A stretch of DNA of 42,283 nucleotides from Parcubacteria group bacterium CG08_land_8_20_14_0_20_48_21 (GCA_002774425.1 PEYJ01000029.1:1-42283), one strand, 5' to 3'. Shown: positions 1-9,177, counted from the first letter of the stretch. Program-made: numbers and translations. The notes: generated by a model not told the origin, from the sequence alone.

Positions 1-221
1 TGGGAACTGTGCCAGGTGTATTCCAACAGCACAATGCCGAAGCCATCCAATGCCAACTTTGCACCAATGAGTTCCGCAATACCCCATTGGGCAACATAAG
101 GCATGAGGAACCGATTACTCTCCCGTACGCAGTCGACGGAGATGCCGGCGCAGGTGAGCAGTAAACCGCCCAAGCACAACGTGGCAAGGTACGTCGCATA
201 GGGTGACGGTGAGCGGGTCAT
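1..221 (-). CDS. Partial hypothetical membrane protein (DUF5658-like), runs off the window start
   Basis: AAGGAGG SD 5 nt before ATG at 221; open frame to the edge: MTRSPSPYATYLATLCLGGLLLTCAGISVDCVRESNRFLMPYVAQWGIAELIGAKLALDG...; hydrophobic, with an E-x-N...K pattern recalling DUF5658. Confidence 0.55.
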   Translation of the reverse strand, partial: MTRSPSPYATYLATLCLGGLLLTCAGISVDCVRESNRFLMPYVAQWGIAELIGAKLALDGFGIVLLEYTWHSS

Positions 222-426
222 GCAAACCTCCTTTGCGCGGAACCTGGTGTGCAAGAGTGCGTAAGTCTATCGTAGAATGTATGGGCGCAGATGTCAATCG
301 GAGGGTGTTTTTCGCAGGGTATCCAACACCACACACATTCGTGGTATACTGCATGGGTCCGGTTGCATGCGCCGCTACCCCGTGCTTTTTATAGAGCGGA
401 GTGTCAACATCGCACTGTACAAAAGT

Positions 427-1188
427 ATGAGTAAGTACTATCAACCGCAACGATCAAAAAACATATTTAATCCTGATAGTTCGGAACCCTTTAAGTTAAG
501 TCGGTCAAAAATCGATCTTTTTTTGGAATGCCCGCGGTGTTTTTATCTTGATCGGCGCTTGGGTATTGGGCGGCCTCCAGGCTATCCCTTCACTTTGAAT
601 TCTGCCGTGGATAAACTCCTGAAGAAAGAATTTGATTTGCATCGCGCGGGAAAGACAGCGCATCCGCTCATGCAGGTCTATGGTATTGACGCGGTGCCGT
701 TTCAAGACCTGCGCATGGAGCAATGGCGTGAAAATTTTGTAGGCGTACAGCATCTGCATGCACCGACCAACTTTCTCGTATTTGGCGCCATTGACGATCT
801 CTGGGTTAATGCGCAAGGAGAGCTGCACGTGGTGGATTATAAAGCAACCAGCAAAGAAGGAGAAGTTACGCTGGATGCAGAATGGCAAATCGGCTATAAG
901 CGGCAGATGGAGGTATACCAGTGGCTCTTGCGCCATCAGCAGGATAATTTTACGGTTTCTGATACAGGATATTTTGTGTATTGCAACGGTAAATCAGACG
1001 CGGAAGCATTTGATGGAAAATTGGAATTTGAGGTAGTGGTTATTCCCTATACAGGCAATGATGGCTGGATTGAAGAGACGCTCGTGCAAGCACACGTATG
1101 CTTGCACGCGCATACCCTTCCGGATGCTCACGTAGATTGTGACTACTGCCGCTACCGAGAAGCCGTGCGCGAAAGGAGTATTGTATAG
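427..1188 (+). CDS. PD-(D/E)XK nuclease family protein (RecB/Cas4-like, PDDEXK_1)
   Basis: LSRSKIDLFLECPRCFY, GAIDDL, VVDYKAT, QMEVYQWLL and C-terminal CDYC; start taken at ATG 427 (MSKYY). Confidence 0.85.
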   Translation: MSKYYQPQRSKNIFNPDSSEPFKLSRSKIDLFLECPRCFYLDRRLGIGRPPGYPFTLNSAVDKLLKKEFDLHRAGKTAHPLMQVYGIDAVPFQDLRMEQWRENFVGVQHLHAPTNFLVFGAIDDLWVNAQGELHVVDYKATSKEGEVTLDAEWQIGYKRQMEVYQWLLRHQQDNFTVSDTGYFVYCNGKSDAEAFDGKLEFEVVVIPYTGNDGWIEETLVQAHVCLHAHTLPDAHVDCDYCRYREAVRERSIV

Positions 1189-1218
1189 GAAAATATAAGG
1201 TGTATACTGCAACTATCT

Positions 1219-1590
1219 ATGGTTACGAAAAAAGTTAAAAGCCCGAATGGCAATGAGTTGATGTGCGACGGGAACATACTTTACTATACCATCAGCAAAC
1301 CGGTTGATGCCGAAGACGCGATGTGCTTGCACAATGTGGGCACGGACTACATCAACAAAGAGCATGTTTCGCTGGCACTCATTGACATTCAGCGGTCAAC
1401 GCAATTCTCTTCGGCTGCGCGGAAAATTTGGGCGGATTTTTTAAAAAATCCGCGCATTAAAAAAGCGGCAATATTCGGCGGTAATATTTTTGTACGTACT
1501 CTAGCCTCGTTTGTTATTGCGGCAGTAGGTAAAAAGAACATCAAGTTTTTTTCAACAGAGAGGGAAGCGTTTGATTGGTTGCACGCATAA
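1219..1590 (+). CDS. STAS/SEC14 (SpoIIAA-like) domain protein
   Basis: 123 aa; LIDI...SSAARK...KKAAIFG...KFFSTEREAFDWL pattern typical of small SpoIIAA-like proteins. Confidence 0.7.
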   Translation: MVTKKVKSPNGNELMCDGNILYYTISKPVDAEDAMCLHNVGTDYINKEHVSLALIDIQRSTQFSSAARKIWADFLKNPRIKKAAIFGGNIFVRTLASFVIAAVGKKNIKFFSTEREAFDWLHA

Positions 1591-1627
1591 TGCAATACCA
1601 ATCTTTGTATTCATTTTTTATGTACCT

Positions 1628-1807
1628 ATGAAACAACTCACCTGCAAAGATGTCGGTGTTGACTGCGATGTTATTTTTACCGCAGAAACCGATGAAGAGG
1701 TTATGCAACGGGCGGCGGAGCATGCGGCCATGGAACACAATCTTCCGCAAATACCTCCGGTGTTGCAACAAAAATGTCTTGCCGCAATCAAAGATATTGA
1801 TGGCTAG
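1628..1807 (+). CDS. DUF1059 small metal-binding protein
   Basis: MKQLTCKDVGVDCDVIFTAETDEEVMQRAAEHAAMEH matches the C-x6-C...H-x4-H DUF1059 pattern. Confidence 0.8.
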   Translation: MKQLTCKDVGVDCDVIFTAETDEEVMQRAAEHAAMEHNLPQIPPVLQQKCLAAIKDIDG

Positions 1808-1822
1808 TTTAATTTTTCCACA

Positions 1823-3652
1823 ATGCAGCGCGCTTCCAGCAACGATCTTGACTCACTCTTTTCCTTCATCGCCGAAGGGCTTATTGTCTTTGATGCGAGT
1901 GGGAGAATTACCGCGGTGAATCCGCATGCTACCTTGCTTTTGGATTACACGAGTAAAGAACTTATGGGAAAAGAATTGGATCGCGCGTTTCGTGTATATG
2001 AAGGGAAAAAATTGCTGCCGCTAACACGTCGTATCGGTGCAACTGTTTTACAAAAAAAGCGTATTTTTACAACGCCAAAATGGAAAACCATATATTTTGC
2101 TTCGCAGAGCAAAAGAATATTTCCGGTCTTTGTTTCCGCAAAGCCTATGCGCATGGGCGGGCATGACGGCGGAGTGGTAGTCTTTCGGGATATAACCACG
2201 GAAAAAGAGCTTACCAATTACCGGCTTACCACGGCAAGAAAGCTTGCGAAGCTTACCCCACTCTTGCAGAAAACCGCAATGGGAGATTTTTCAAAACGTG
2301 TCAGCATATCGCGGAATGAGGATGAATTTACGGAATTGTTTGTAGGGCTCAATCTGATGATTGATGACCTTGAAGAGCTGGAAAAGACGCGCAAAGAGGA
2401 AGAGCAGAAACGTCTTAGTGCCGTTAAAAAAGTCGCGCAAGAAAAGAGGCGTTTAACCGAGCGTTATTCGCATGATTTGGAGAAGAAGGTTCGGCAGCAA
2501 ACCGAGGAAATTCGCCGTTCCAAAGCGCACACGGAAACCATCATTGAAAATTTGACGGTTGGGCTTATTGAGTACGATGCGCAGCATCGGGTTGTACGCA
2601 TGAATCGCGCAGCGGAAAATATTCTGGGCATCGGACGCAAAAGTGTTATCGGTAAAGCAGTGCATCCGCAAGATGCCCAAAAAAAATACTGGCAGTCTTT
2701 GGTTGCGGTTACGCATCCCTTAAGCGCTGACAAAGCTCGTGTGATAGATAAAAAATTGTTGGGTCTTGCAAAATCCGGCGTACGGGCCATGGAGGTGGTG
2801 ATTCAATATCCGATAGACCGTGAATTACAAGTCATTACCGTACCGCTAACTGCCGAAGGCACGGGCAAACGTATACGAGGCAGTGTAAAGGTGCTGCGCG
2901 ATGTAACACGGGAAAGAGTGATTGCGCGGAGCAAGAGCGAGTTTATTTCCATTGCGGCACACCAGTTGCGTACACCGCTATCCGCGGTCAAGTGGGCCAT
3001 GAGCATGATAGCGGAAGGTGATATGGGCGCGCTCAACGATGATCAACGAAAATTGTTGCAGCGTGGTTATGATACGAATGAAAAAATGATTGCACTGGTG
3101 AACGATCTGTTGAATGTCGCGCGCATTGAGGACGGGCGCTTCGGCTACGCATTTTCAAAAAATGATTTCGGGAAAACCATTGAAGCGGTGGCGGCAACAT
3201 CCCAACTTGCGGCAAAAGAAAAAAACGTTTTGCTGCGGTTGGTTAAACCAAGGGAGGCCATGCCTCCTTTTGTCTATGATCCGGATAAAATAGCGCTCGC
3301 GCTCCAAAATCTTGTAGACAATGCGATTAAATATACATCCTCGGGCAAAACTATTACCATCACCATAAAGAAAAATGGAGTTTCTGCGGAGGTAGCGGTG
3401 CAAGATGAAGGTGTGGGCATTCCCCAGAATCAAATTGAGCGGTTGTTTACCAAATTCTTTCGCGCAAGCAATGTCATACATATGCAAACGTCCGGGTCGG
3501 GACTCGGATTATTCATTGTCAAAAATATAGCCAAACGGCATGGCGGATCCGTTCACGTTGTCTCAAAAGAAAACGAAGGTTCAATCTTTACGCTCATCCT
3601 GCCTTTACAGGCGGGTCGCATACCAAAAGAAGATACGCTCTCTGACTATTGA
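1823..3652 (+). CDS. Cytoplasmic sensor histidine kinase (PAS-HAMP-like-coiled coil-PAS-HisKA-HATPase)
   Basis: H-box AAHQLRTPL, N-box NLVDNAIKY, G1 DEGVGI, G2 GSGLGL; two PAS-like segments; HAMP-like GDFSKRV...EDEFTELFVGLNLM; no TM helix. Confidence 0.93.
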   Translation: MQRASSNDLDSLFSFIAEGLIVFDASGRITAVNPHATLLLDYTSKELMGKELDRAFRVYEGKKLLPLTRRIGATVLQKKRIFTTPKWKTIYFASQSKRIFPVFVSAKPMRMGGHDGGVVVFRDITTEKELTNYRLTTARKLAKLTPLLQKTAMGDFSKRVSISRNEDEFTELFVGLNLMIDDLEELEKTRKEEEQKRLSAVKKVAQEKRRLTERYSHDLEKKVRQQTEEIRRSKAHTETIIENLTVGLIEYDAQHRVVRMNRAAENILGIGRKSVIGKAVHPQDAQKKYWQSLVAVTHPLSADKARVIDKKLLGLAKSGVRAMEVVIQYPIDRELQVITVPLTAEGTGKRIRGSVKVLRDVTRERVIARSKSEFISIAAHQLRTPLSAVKWAMSMIAEGDMGALNDDQRKLLQRGYDTNEKMIALVNDLLNVARIEDGRFGYAFSKNDFGKTIEAVAATSQLAAKEKNVLLRLVKPREAMPPFVYDPDKIALALQNLVDNAIKYTSSGKTITITIKKNGVSAEVAVQDEGVGIPQNQIERLFTKFFRASNVIHMQTSGSGLGLFIVKNIAKRHGGSVHVVSKENEGSIFTLILPLQAGRIPKEDTLSDY

Positions 3653-3658
3653 AGCACT

Positions 3659-4450
3659 ATGCAAAAATCCATGATTCTTGTCATTGAAGATGACGTCGCT
3701 TTGCGGGAAATGCTTGTGGAGAAGCTGCGCAAAGCCGGTTATGCCGCGCAAAGTGCGGAAGATGGCGTTGTGGGTTTGGAAAAAATGAGAAATACACTGC
3801 CCGATCTCGTGCTCTTGGATATTCTCATGCCGAGAAAAGACGGCATGCAGGTACTGGAGGAAAAAGCAAAAGATACCGCGATTAAAAATTTGCCGGTAAT
3901 AATCATTTCAAATTCCGGTCAACCGGTGGAGATTGAACGTGCAAAGAAACTTGGCGCGAAAGATTTTCTCATTAAAGCCATATTTAATCCCAGCGAGGTA
4001 CTTGAAAAAGTTGCGCATGTGCTTGAAGTTCTTCCCAACAAAACCGATGCCGCGCAAGGAACGGCGCGGGTAAAAGCACAACTGGTCAGTATTTTGATCG
4101 TAGAAGATGATCAGTTTCTTCGTGAGCTCATTGCGCAAAAATTACTGGGGGAAGGGTATAATGTAGAAAGCGTGATTGATGCACATGCGGCATACGCCGC
4201 ACTGGAGCAACACGTACCCGACGCCATACTTTTGGATATCATCCTGCCGGGGGAAAGCGGATTTGTCATCCTTGAAAAATTAAAAGGCGACACGCGTTTT
4301 GCCTCTATTCCGGTTTTGGTGTTGAGTAATCTTGGACAACGGGAAGATATGGAAAAAGCAATGCGGCTTGGTGCAAAAGATTTTCTCATAAAAGCGAATT
4401 TTACGCCGGAAGAAATCGTGCGGCATATTCAACAAGCCGTTAAAGACTAA
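3659..4450 (+). CDS. Response regulator with two tandem receiver domains and no output domain
   Basis: Two repeats: VIEDD..LLDILMP..SNSG..FLIKA and IVEDD..LLDIILP..SNLG..FLIKA. Confidence 0.92.
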   Translation: MQKSMILVIEDDVALREMLVEKLRKAGYAAQSAEDGVVGLEKMRNTLPDLVLLDILMPRKDGMQVLEEKAKDTAIKNLPVIIISNSGQPVEIERAKKLGAKDFLIKAIFNPSEVLEKVAHVLEVLPNKTDAAQGTARVKAQLVSILIVEDDQFLRELIAQKLLGEGYNVESVIDAHAAYAALEQHVPDAILLDIILPGESGFVILEKLKGDTRFASIPVLVLSNLGQREDMEKAMRLGAKDFLIKANFTPEEIVRHIQQAVKD

Positions 4451-4474
4451 GTGCATACAATCGTTCCAAAGACC

Positions 4475-4497
4475 ACAACCGCCTTTACGGCGGTTGT
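4475..4497 (+). terminator. Stem-loop after the response regulator
   Basis: ACAACCGCC-tttac-GGCGGTTGT perfect 9-bp stem; weak U tail. Confidence 0.55.
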
Positions 4498-4528
4498 GTC
4501 GGTTTATGTTCTGCGCTAGAATGAGTGA

Positions 4529-4556
4529 TTGACATTTTTCGCCGTTGTGGTATACT
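4529..4556 (+). promoter_or_regulatory. Sigma70-type promoter for the 3D-domain gene
   Basis: TTGACA-16 nt-TATACT with extended TGn. Confidence 0.65.
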
Positions 4557-4659
4557 ATTTCTCTCACCATGCTCAACTTGCATGGTTTTTCTTTTGCCCC
4601 GGCAAATAGGCAAATCGCCGTATTTACCTGAAAATACGAGAGAAAAACCGTATGAACCA

Positions 4660-5169
4660 ATGTACCAACATTCATATGTCTATCCCATGCCCCAATCCTA
4701 TTTCATAATACTTGTCTTAGCCATGGTTGTGTCTCCCTTGCTGTTTCCACAGTATGTGGTACACGCTGCCGTGGTGCTACCCGTCCATTCTGGGGAGATG
4801 CGTGAGGTGAAGCTCACGCAGGCGCAGGGACCGTATGGCGTTGTCTTTACGGCACCGCATGAAGTTGAAACGCCAAAACCGAAATGGACCATTCACATGC
4901 CGATAACCGCCTATTCATCAACGCTGGATCAGACGGATGATACACCGTTCATTACGGCATCCGGTACGCACGTCCGCGATGGCATCATCGCGGCAAACTT
5001 CCTGCCGATAGGTACGGTGGTAAAGATTCCCAAACTCTACGGCGACAAAGAATTTGTGGTGGAAGACCGCATGAATAAGCGCTACTTCTACCATGCGGAT
5101 ATCTGGATGGAAACGCGCCGTGAGGCGGTGGTCTTCGGTCTCAAGTTCGCGGACGTAGAAGTGTACTAA
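4660..5169 (+). CDS. 3D-domain (MltA-like peptidoglycan-associated) membrane-anchored or secreted protein
   Basis: TAYSS..QTDDTPFITASG..IAANFLPIGT..VEDRM..DIWM; N-terminal hydrophobic segment; start could be 4660 or 4687. Confidence 0.85.
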   Translation: MYQHSYVYPMPQSYFIILVLAMVVSPLLFPQYVVHAAVVLPVHSGEMREVKLTQAQGPYGVVFTAPHEVETPKPKWTIHMPITAYSSTLDQTDDTPFITASGTHVRDGIIAANFLPIGTVVKIPKLYGDKEFVVEDRMNKRYFYHADIWMETRREAVVFGLKFADVEVY

Positions 5170-5190
5170 CCTATTTCCCACGCATTACCT

Positions 5191-5224
5191 AAAAATATAC
5201 GACGCGCGATGTCGTATATTTTTT
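5191..5224. terminator. Bidirectional intrinsic terminator
   Basis: AAAAATATACGAC-gcgcgat-GTCGTATATTTTTT. Confidence 0.75.
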
Positions 5225-5324
5225 GTAGGTAAAAAAAAGAGCATGAGAGTTCAAGGGTTCACACCCATACATTGCCAGCAGGTCTTTTTTTTGCTACTGT
5301 TGAGGAGCTTTTTGCTGCCGGTGT

Positions 5325-5397
5325 GGTGACGTACCCAAGTGGCTAAGGGAGGGGTCTGCAAAACCTCTATTCGCGGGTTCGATTCCCGCCGTCACCT
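5325..5397 (+). tRNA. tRNA-Cys(GCA), CCA not encoded
   Basis: Acceptor GGTGACG/CGTCACC, anticodon arm GGGGT-CTGCAAA-ACCTC, T-arm GGTTCGATTCC, discriminator T. Confidence 0.95.
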
Positions 5398-5478
5398 CAC
5401 CGGCAGGAAAACAATAACCGTTCGCTGATGTAGCGCGCGGTTTTGTTGTTCAGCAGAAAAATGGTACAATAAAGGCGT

Positions 5479-6696
5479 ATGCAAAAAGAAATTTCACAAT
5501 CTGAAAATCAAAAACTGCAAGAGGCGAAAAATAATGGCGTGCAGACTCAACCAATGTTAGACGGGCGGGCGTGGCGGGAGACGAGTTTTCTCTTAGCGGC
5601 GCTACTTTTTCTTACAAGTAGCGTTTTGAGTTTTTTCTTTTTTGAAACAAAACTGCAGAATTTAACTGGATTCCCTTTCTCTTTTTATGGAAAGGGTATT
5701 TTCCCGTGGTTGGGTAACTTTGAAACTAGAGCGGTATTTTTTTTGGATAAACTTTTGTATGATGTTCTGTTCTGGATTTTGTTTGCTCTTGGTGCAATAT
5801 GGATCGCGCAACACTTTTTCCCATCTTTATTACTGAAACGTAAAAATAGAATCATTTTTATAACGAGTATTGTTGGTGGTATCGCGCTCGGCCTCACCGC
5901 GTTGTTTCTTATCATCTCACACCTGGACGTTGACAGTGTGCAAAGTAGCCAAGAAGACTCTGTAACATTTTATGGCACGGTAATTTTTCCGAAAATAGCC
6001 GATGATAAAGGATATGCAATAATTACGGTCAAAAAAGACGATGGAGACGATGTGAATGTTTTAATACCGCGCGAACGCGGGAAGTGTCCGGCAAATACAC
6101 CACAATCCTTGATGGAAGCATCAAAGGCGACGGCGTTTCCCGGTATGCGCGTTCAAGTTCGTGGAACGTTATGGTCTGACCACATGACGGTGATCGTCTG
6201 TAATGCACCGGATGACATGGTCATATGGCTTACCGAAAGCTCACTTCCTGAAATTGATCAACCGGACACCGCTACCAGCGCCGCCGCTTGGCAGATCTAT
6301 AGAAATGAGGAGTTAGGGTTTGCGATGCAGTATCCTCCCTACACAGTTGTTGACGCATCTTTTAACGATGCATACAACCAAGTGATAGCGTTTAAGAAAT
6401 CAGGAGATGAAACCGCTTTTGAAATACGGATAAGAAAGAGCATACAACCTTTTGACCAGTATTTTTATTTGGACAAACCACTTGCCGCAACCACAACCAT
6501 AGCAGGAAAAGAAGCGCGCGTTTTTGAAGCGCCGAACGGCTACTGCGACGGTCCCGGGTGTAGTGCTCCTTACAGAGCTTATGCGATGCAAGGGAAAGAG
6601 GGGGCACCCGATGTCTACAACATCGTCTTTTTTGGTGATGGAAAACTTTCAGTGGACGAACAAAAAATTCTTAATTCCTTTTCGTTAACGCACTAA
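5479..6696 (+). CDS. Hypothetical membrane protein with an extracellular PsbP-like C-terminal domain
   Basis: About 3 N-terminal hydrophobic helices; WQIYRNEELGFAMQYP...QKILNSF signature common in CPR surface proteins. Confidence 0.65.
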   Translation: MQKEISQSENQKLQEAKNNGVQTQPMLDGRAWRETSFLLAALLFLTSSVLSFFFFETKLQNLTGFPFSFYGKGIFPWLGNFETRAVFFLDKLLYDVLFWILFALGAIWIAQHFFPSLLLKRKNRIIFITSIVGGIALGLTALFLIISHLDVDSVQSSQEDSVTFYGTVIFPKIADDKGYAIITVKKDDGDDVNVLIPRERGKCPANTPQSLMEASKATAFPGMRVQVRGTLWSDHMTVIVCNAPDDMVIWLTESSLPEIDQPDTATSAAAWQIYRNEELGFAMQYPPYTVVDASFNDAYNQVIAFKKSGDETAFEIRIRKSIQPFDQYFYLDKPLAATTTIAGKEARVFEAPNGYCDGPGCSAPYRAYAMQGKEGAPDVYNIVFFGDGKLSVDEQKILNSFSLTH

Positions 6697-6698
6697 GT

Positions 6699-7532
6699 AT
6701 GTATCTCCTTTTTGATGTCGGGGGGACAAAAATGCGCATGGCGGCATCCCAGGATTTGGAATCGTTTACGAATCCGATTATCATGCCTACGCCAAAGAAC
6801 TATAAAATGGGTATCGCAGCTATAAGAGATGCCGCCCAACAATACTGCGGTACGCAAAAGATCATTGCGGTTGCAGGAAGCGCAGCGGCATCTCCCAATC
6901 GAGAGCGCACGAAATTAGTGGGCGGTGGAACGCATATCAATGATTGGATAAGCAAACCTATAAAAAAAGATTTGGAAAAGCTACTCAAAGCGCCGGTACA
7001 TATTGAAAACGACACCACTATGAGTGGTTTGGCGCAGGTCGTATATGGTCCGGCAAAAGGGTATAATATTGCCGCCTATGTGACGGTCAGTACGGGTGTG
7101 GGTGGTTGCCGTTTTGTGGAGGGCAAGATAGATCAAAGCGCCTTTGGATTCGAGCCAGGACATCAATTTGTATCCATTCCTCACTTAGCTGTCGGACAGC
7201 TAAGTCGCGACCTTGAATATTTTATCGGTGGCGCGTCTATTTACAAGCAGAAGGGTCAAGATCCTTCAGCAATTAAAGATAGAAAATTTTGGGATGAAAA
7301 GGCAAAAATACTAGCCAGAGGTTTGCACAATATTTCAGTGATGTGGTCCCCTGATATTATGGTTGTTGGCGGATCGGTCATGCAGAGTTTGTCACTTGAT
7401 CGTACAAAGCGCTATCTTGTACAAACATTATCTAAGATATTTCCTAAAATGCCTCGCATCGTTAAAGCAAAATTCGGTGGTGAAATGGGACTCTATGGTG
7501 CAATGGCGTACTTGAGGCGAGAAGGCAGATAG
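6699..7532 (+). CDS. ROK family sugar kinase
   Basis: FDVGGTK, IENDT, TVSTGVGG, EPGH, VVGGSV, GLYGA. Confidence 0.9.
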   Translation: MYLLFDVGGTKMRMAASQDLESFTNPIIMPTPKNYKMGIAAIRDAAQQYCGTQKIIAVAGSAAASPNRERTKLVGGGTHINDWISKPIKKDLEKLLKAPVHIENDTTMSGLAQVVYGPAKGYNIAAYVTVSTGVGGCRFVEGKIDQSAFGFEPGHQFVSIPHLAVGQLSRDLEYFIGGASIYKQKGQDPSAIKDRKFWDEKAKILARGLHNISVMWSPDIMVVGGSVMQSLSLDRTKRYLVQTLSKIFPKMPRIVKAKFGGEMGLYGAMAYLRREGR

Positions 7533-7588
7533 AAGAAAACTGCAAGATACATCTACAAGCTAATTTCATCAAGCTACTTATTTCCCCC

Positions 7589-8872
7589 ATGTTTCACGAA
7601 ACAAATAAAAAACACGTGGTGATTCTTGGCGCAGGATTTGGCGGTGTGCGCGTCGCGCTGAAGCTTGCCAAACAAAAAACAGTTGCTTTGGATATTGCAC
7701 TCGTTGATAAAAACGACTACCACGAGTTTCACGCAGATTTATATGAAGTGGCATCCGCAATTTTTTCCGATGGCAAAGAAGCTCCTAATGAAAAAACCGC
7801 GTTCCACAATTTACGTTCTACAGCCGTTATTCCGCTGCAAGAAATTTTTCGTGATATGGGCGTTCGGTTGGTCAAAGGCGAAGTAACGGATGTCGCGGTA
7901 AAGAATCATGCCGTAAGCGTGCGTAATGCCGCCACACGTTCCGAAGAAACACTTGCTTATGACATTCTGGTTATTGCTTTGGGAAGTTGTACGAACTACT
8001 ATGGCATACCGCATCTCAAGGAGTTCGCGCTGCCGTTTAAAAATACGGATGACGCGCTGAATATTCGTAATCGCATAGAAGAATCCTACATCTACAAACG
8101 TTGGAACGAACGGTTGCGCATCGTGGTTGCGGGGGGCGGACTCACCGGCTGCGAATTAGTGGGAGAACTTGTGGGCTATGTGCGTAAACTTGAGCAAACT
8201 TACGGGCGTCTGCCGGAATATACCGAACTGATTATCATAGAGAAAGAGAACGAACTACTTGGTCAAGTGCCCGTGTGGATGCGGAAAGTCGCATACGAAC
8301 GTTTACGAAACTTGGGAGTATTGGTGCAATGCGCAATGGAAATTAGCGAGGTTACCGCACAACAACTCGTGCTGCGTAACGGCAAAACAGTTTCCTATGA
8401 TGTGCTGGTATGGACGGCGGGTATTGTGGCACAGCCCGTTATCCAATCACTGCGCGGGCTTGCGCATAACCACCACCAATGTCTGACGGTTACCAAAACC
8501 TTGCGCGTGGCAAACTACACGGATATTTTTGCTTTGGGAGATGCCAGCTACTGCTATGATGCAACCACTAATTATGCAATGCCAGCAACCGCGCAAACCG
8601 CAGTAAGCCAGGCAGACGTTGTTGCGGAGAACGTTCTGTGTACGTTGCGGAAAAAAAATCTCCTCCCGTACCGCCCCATCAAAACAATGTGGCTCATTTC
8701 GTTAGGGGGTAAGTTTGCACTTGCGTCGCTGTATGGCTTTCGCGTTTGGGGTATGGCGGGGTGGCTGCTCAAAAGAAGATTTTCCTACAGTTATTTCAAC
8801 AGCATAGTACCAAAAGCGCGAGCCTGGAGGATGTGGTTCCGTTCATTGCAGATATACGGGCGCAATGACTAA
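7589..8872 (+). CDS. ndh: Type II NADH dehydrogenase-like FAD-dependent oxidoreductase
   Basis: GAGFGG, YDILVIALGS, GGGLTGCE, WTAG, FALGD and quinone-site-like AQTAVSQ. Confidence 0.8.
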   Translation: MFHETNKKHVVILGAGFGGVRVALKLAKQKTVALDIALVDKNDYHEFHADLYEVASAIFSDGKEAPNEKTAFHNLRSTAVIPLQEIFRDMGVRLVKGEVTDVAVKNHAVSVRNAATRSEETLAYDILVIALGSCTNYYGIPHLKEFALPFKNTDDALNIRNRIEESYIYKRWNERLRIVVAGGGLTGCELVGELVGYVRKLEQTYGRLPEYTELIIIEKENELLGQVPVWMRKVAYERLRNLGVLVQCAMEISEVTAQQLVLRNGKTVSYDVLVWTAGIVAQPVIQSLRGLAHNHHQCLTVTKTLRVANYTDIFALGDASYCYDATTNYAMPATAQTAVSQADVVAENVLCTLRKKNLLPYRPIKTMWLISLGGKFALASLYGFRVWGMAGWLLKRRFSYSYFNSIVPKARAWRMWFRSLQIYGRND

Positions 8873-8914
8873 AACCCATCTCAAAAATGCTCATACCCTT
8901 CCCTATTCTCGGGA

Positions 8915-8943
8915 TTGACACAACCTCTATTTTCTCATAGTAT
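8915..8943 (+). promoter_or_regulatory. Sigma70 promoter of a small stand-alone transcription unit
   Basis: TTGACA-17 nt-TAGTAT. Confidence 0.65.
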
Positions 8944-8979
8944 ACGGTAGCCGGCATGGAGCCGAGATAAGGAGAAGGC

Positions 8980-9072
8980 ATGCGCGTGCAAAAAGCTATC
9001 AGAAAATTTGTGGTGCTCTGTCGCAGGAAAAAGGAGGGAGATGACCCTCTCATAGAGTACAACGGTATCTAG
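8980..9072 (+). CDS. Candidate 30-aa small ORF (or 5' part of a disrupted gene)
   Basis: SD AAGGAG before ATG; MRVQKAIRKFVVLCRRKKEGDDPLIEYNGI*; stop falls at the junction of a 17-nt tandem duplication. Confidence 0.4.
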   Translation: MRVQKAIRKFVVLCRRKKEGDDPLIEYNGI

Positions 9073-9177
9073 AGTACAGCGGTATTGGTGACGGTATCGG
9101 TGTGTGCGTTGCGCTCAAAAACCTAGTTTCTTTACGCGCTTCTTGGGGCGCGCATGATCTTTTTTCTACCGACTTAC

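Noticed and set aside
427-1188. Possible CRISPR-Cas locus suggested by the Cas4-like protein
   Set aside because: No regularly spaced repeat-spacer array and no cas1/cas2 anywhere in the window
4557-4660. c-di-AMP or c-di-GMP riboswitch before the 3D gene
   Set aside because: Consensus motifs not recognisable; kept only as an unknown structured leader
8796-9062. 88-aa minus-strand ORF
   Set aside because: Overlaps ndh, has no SD, and the promoter/SD/terminator signals all point to the plus strand
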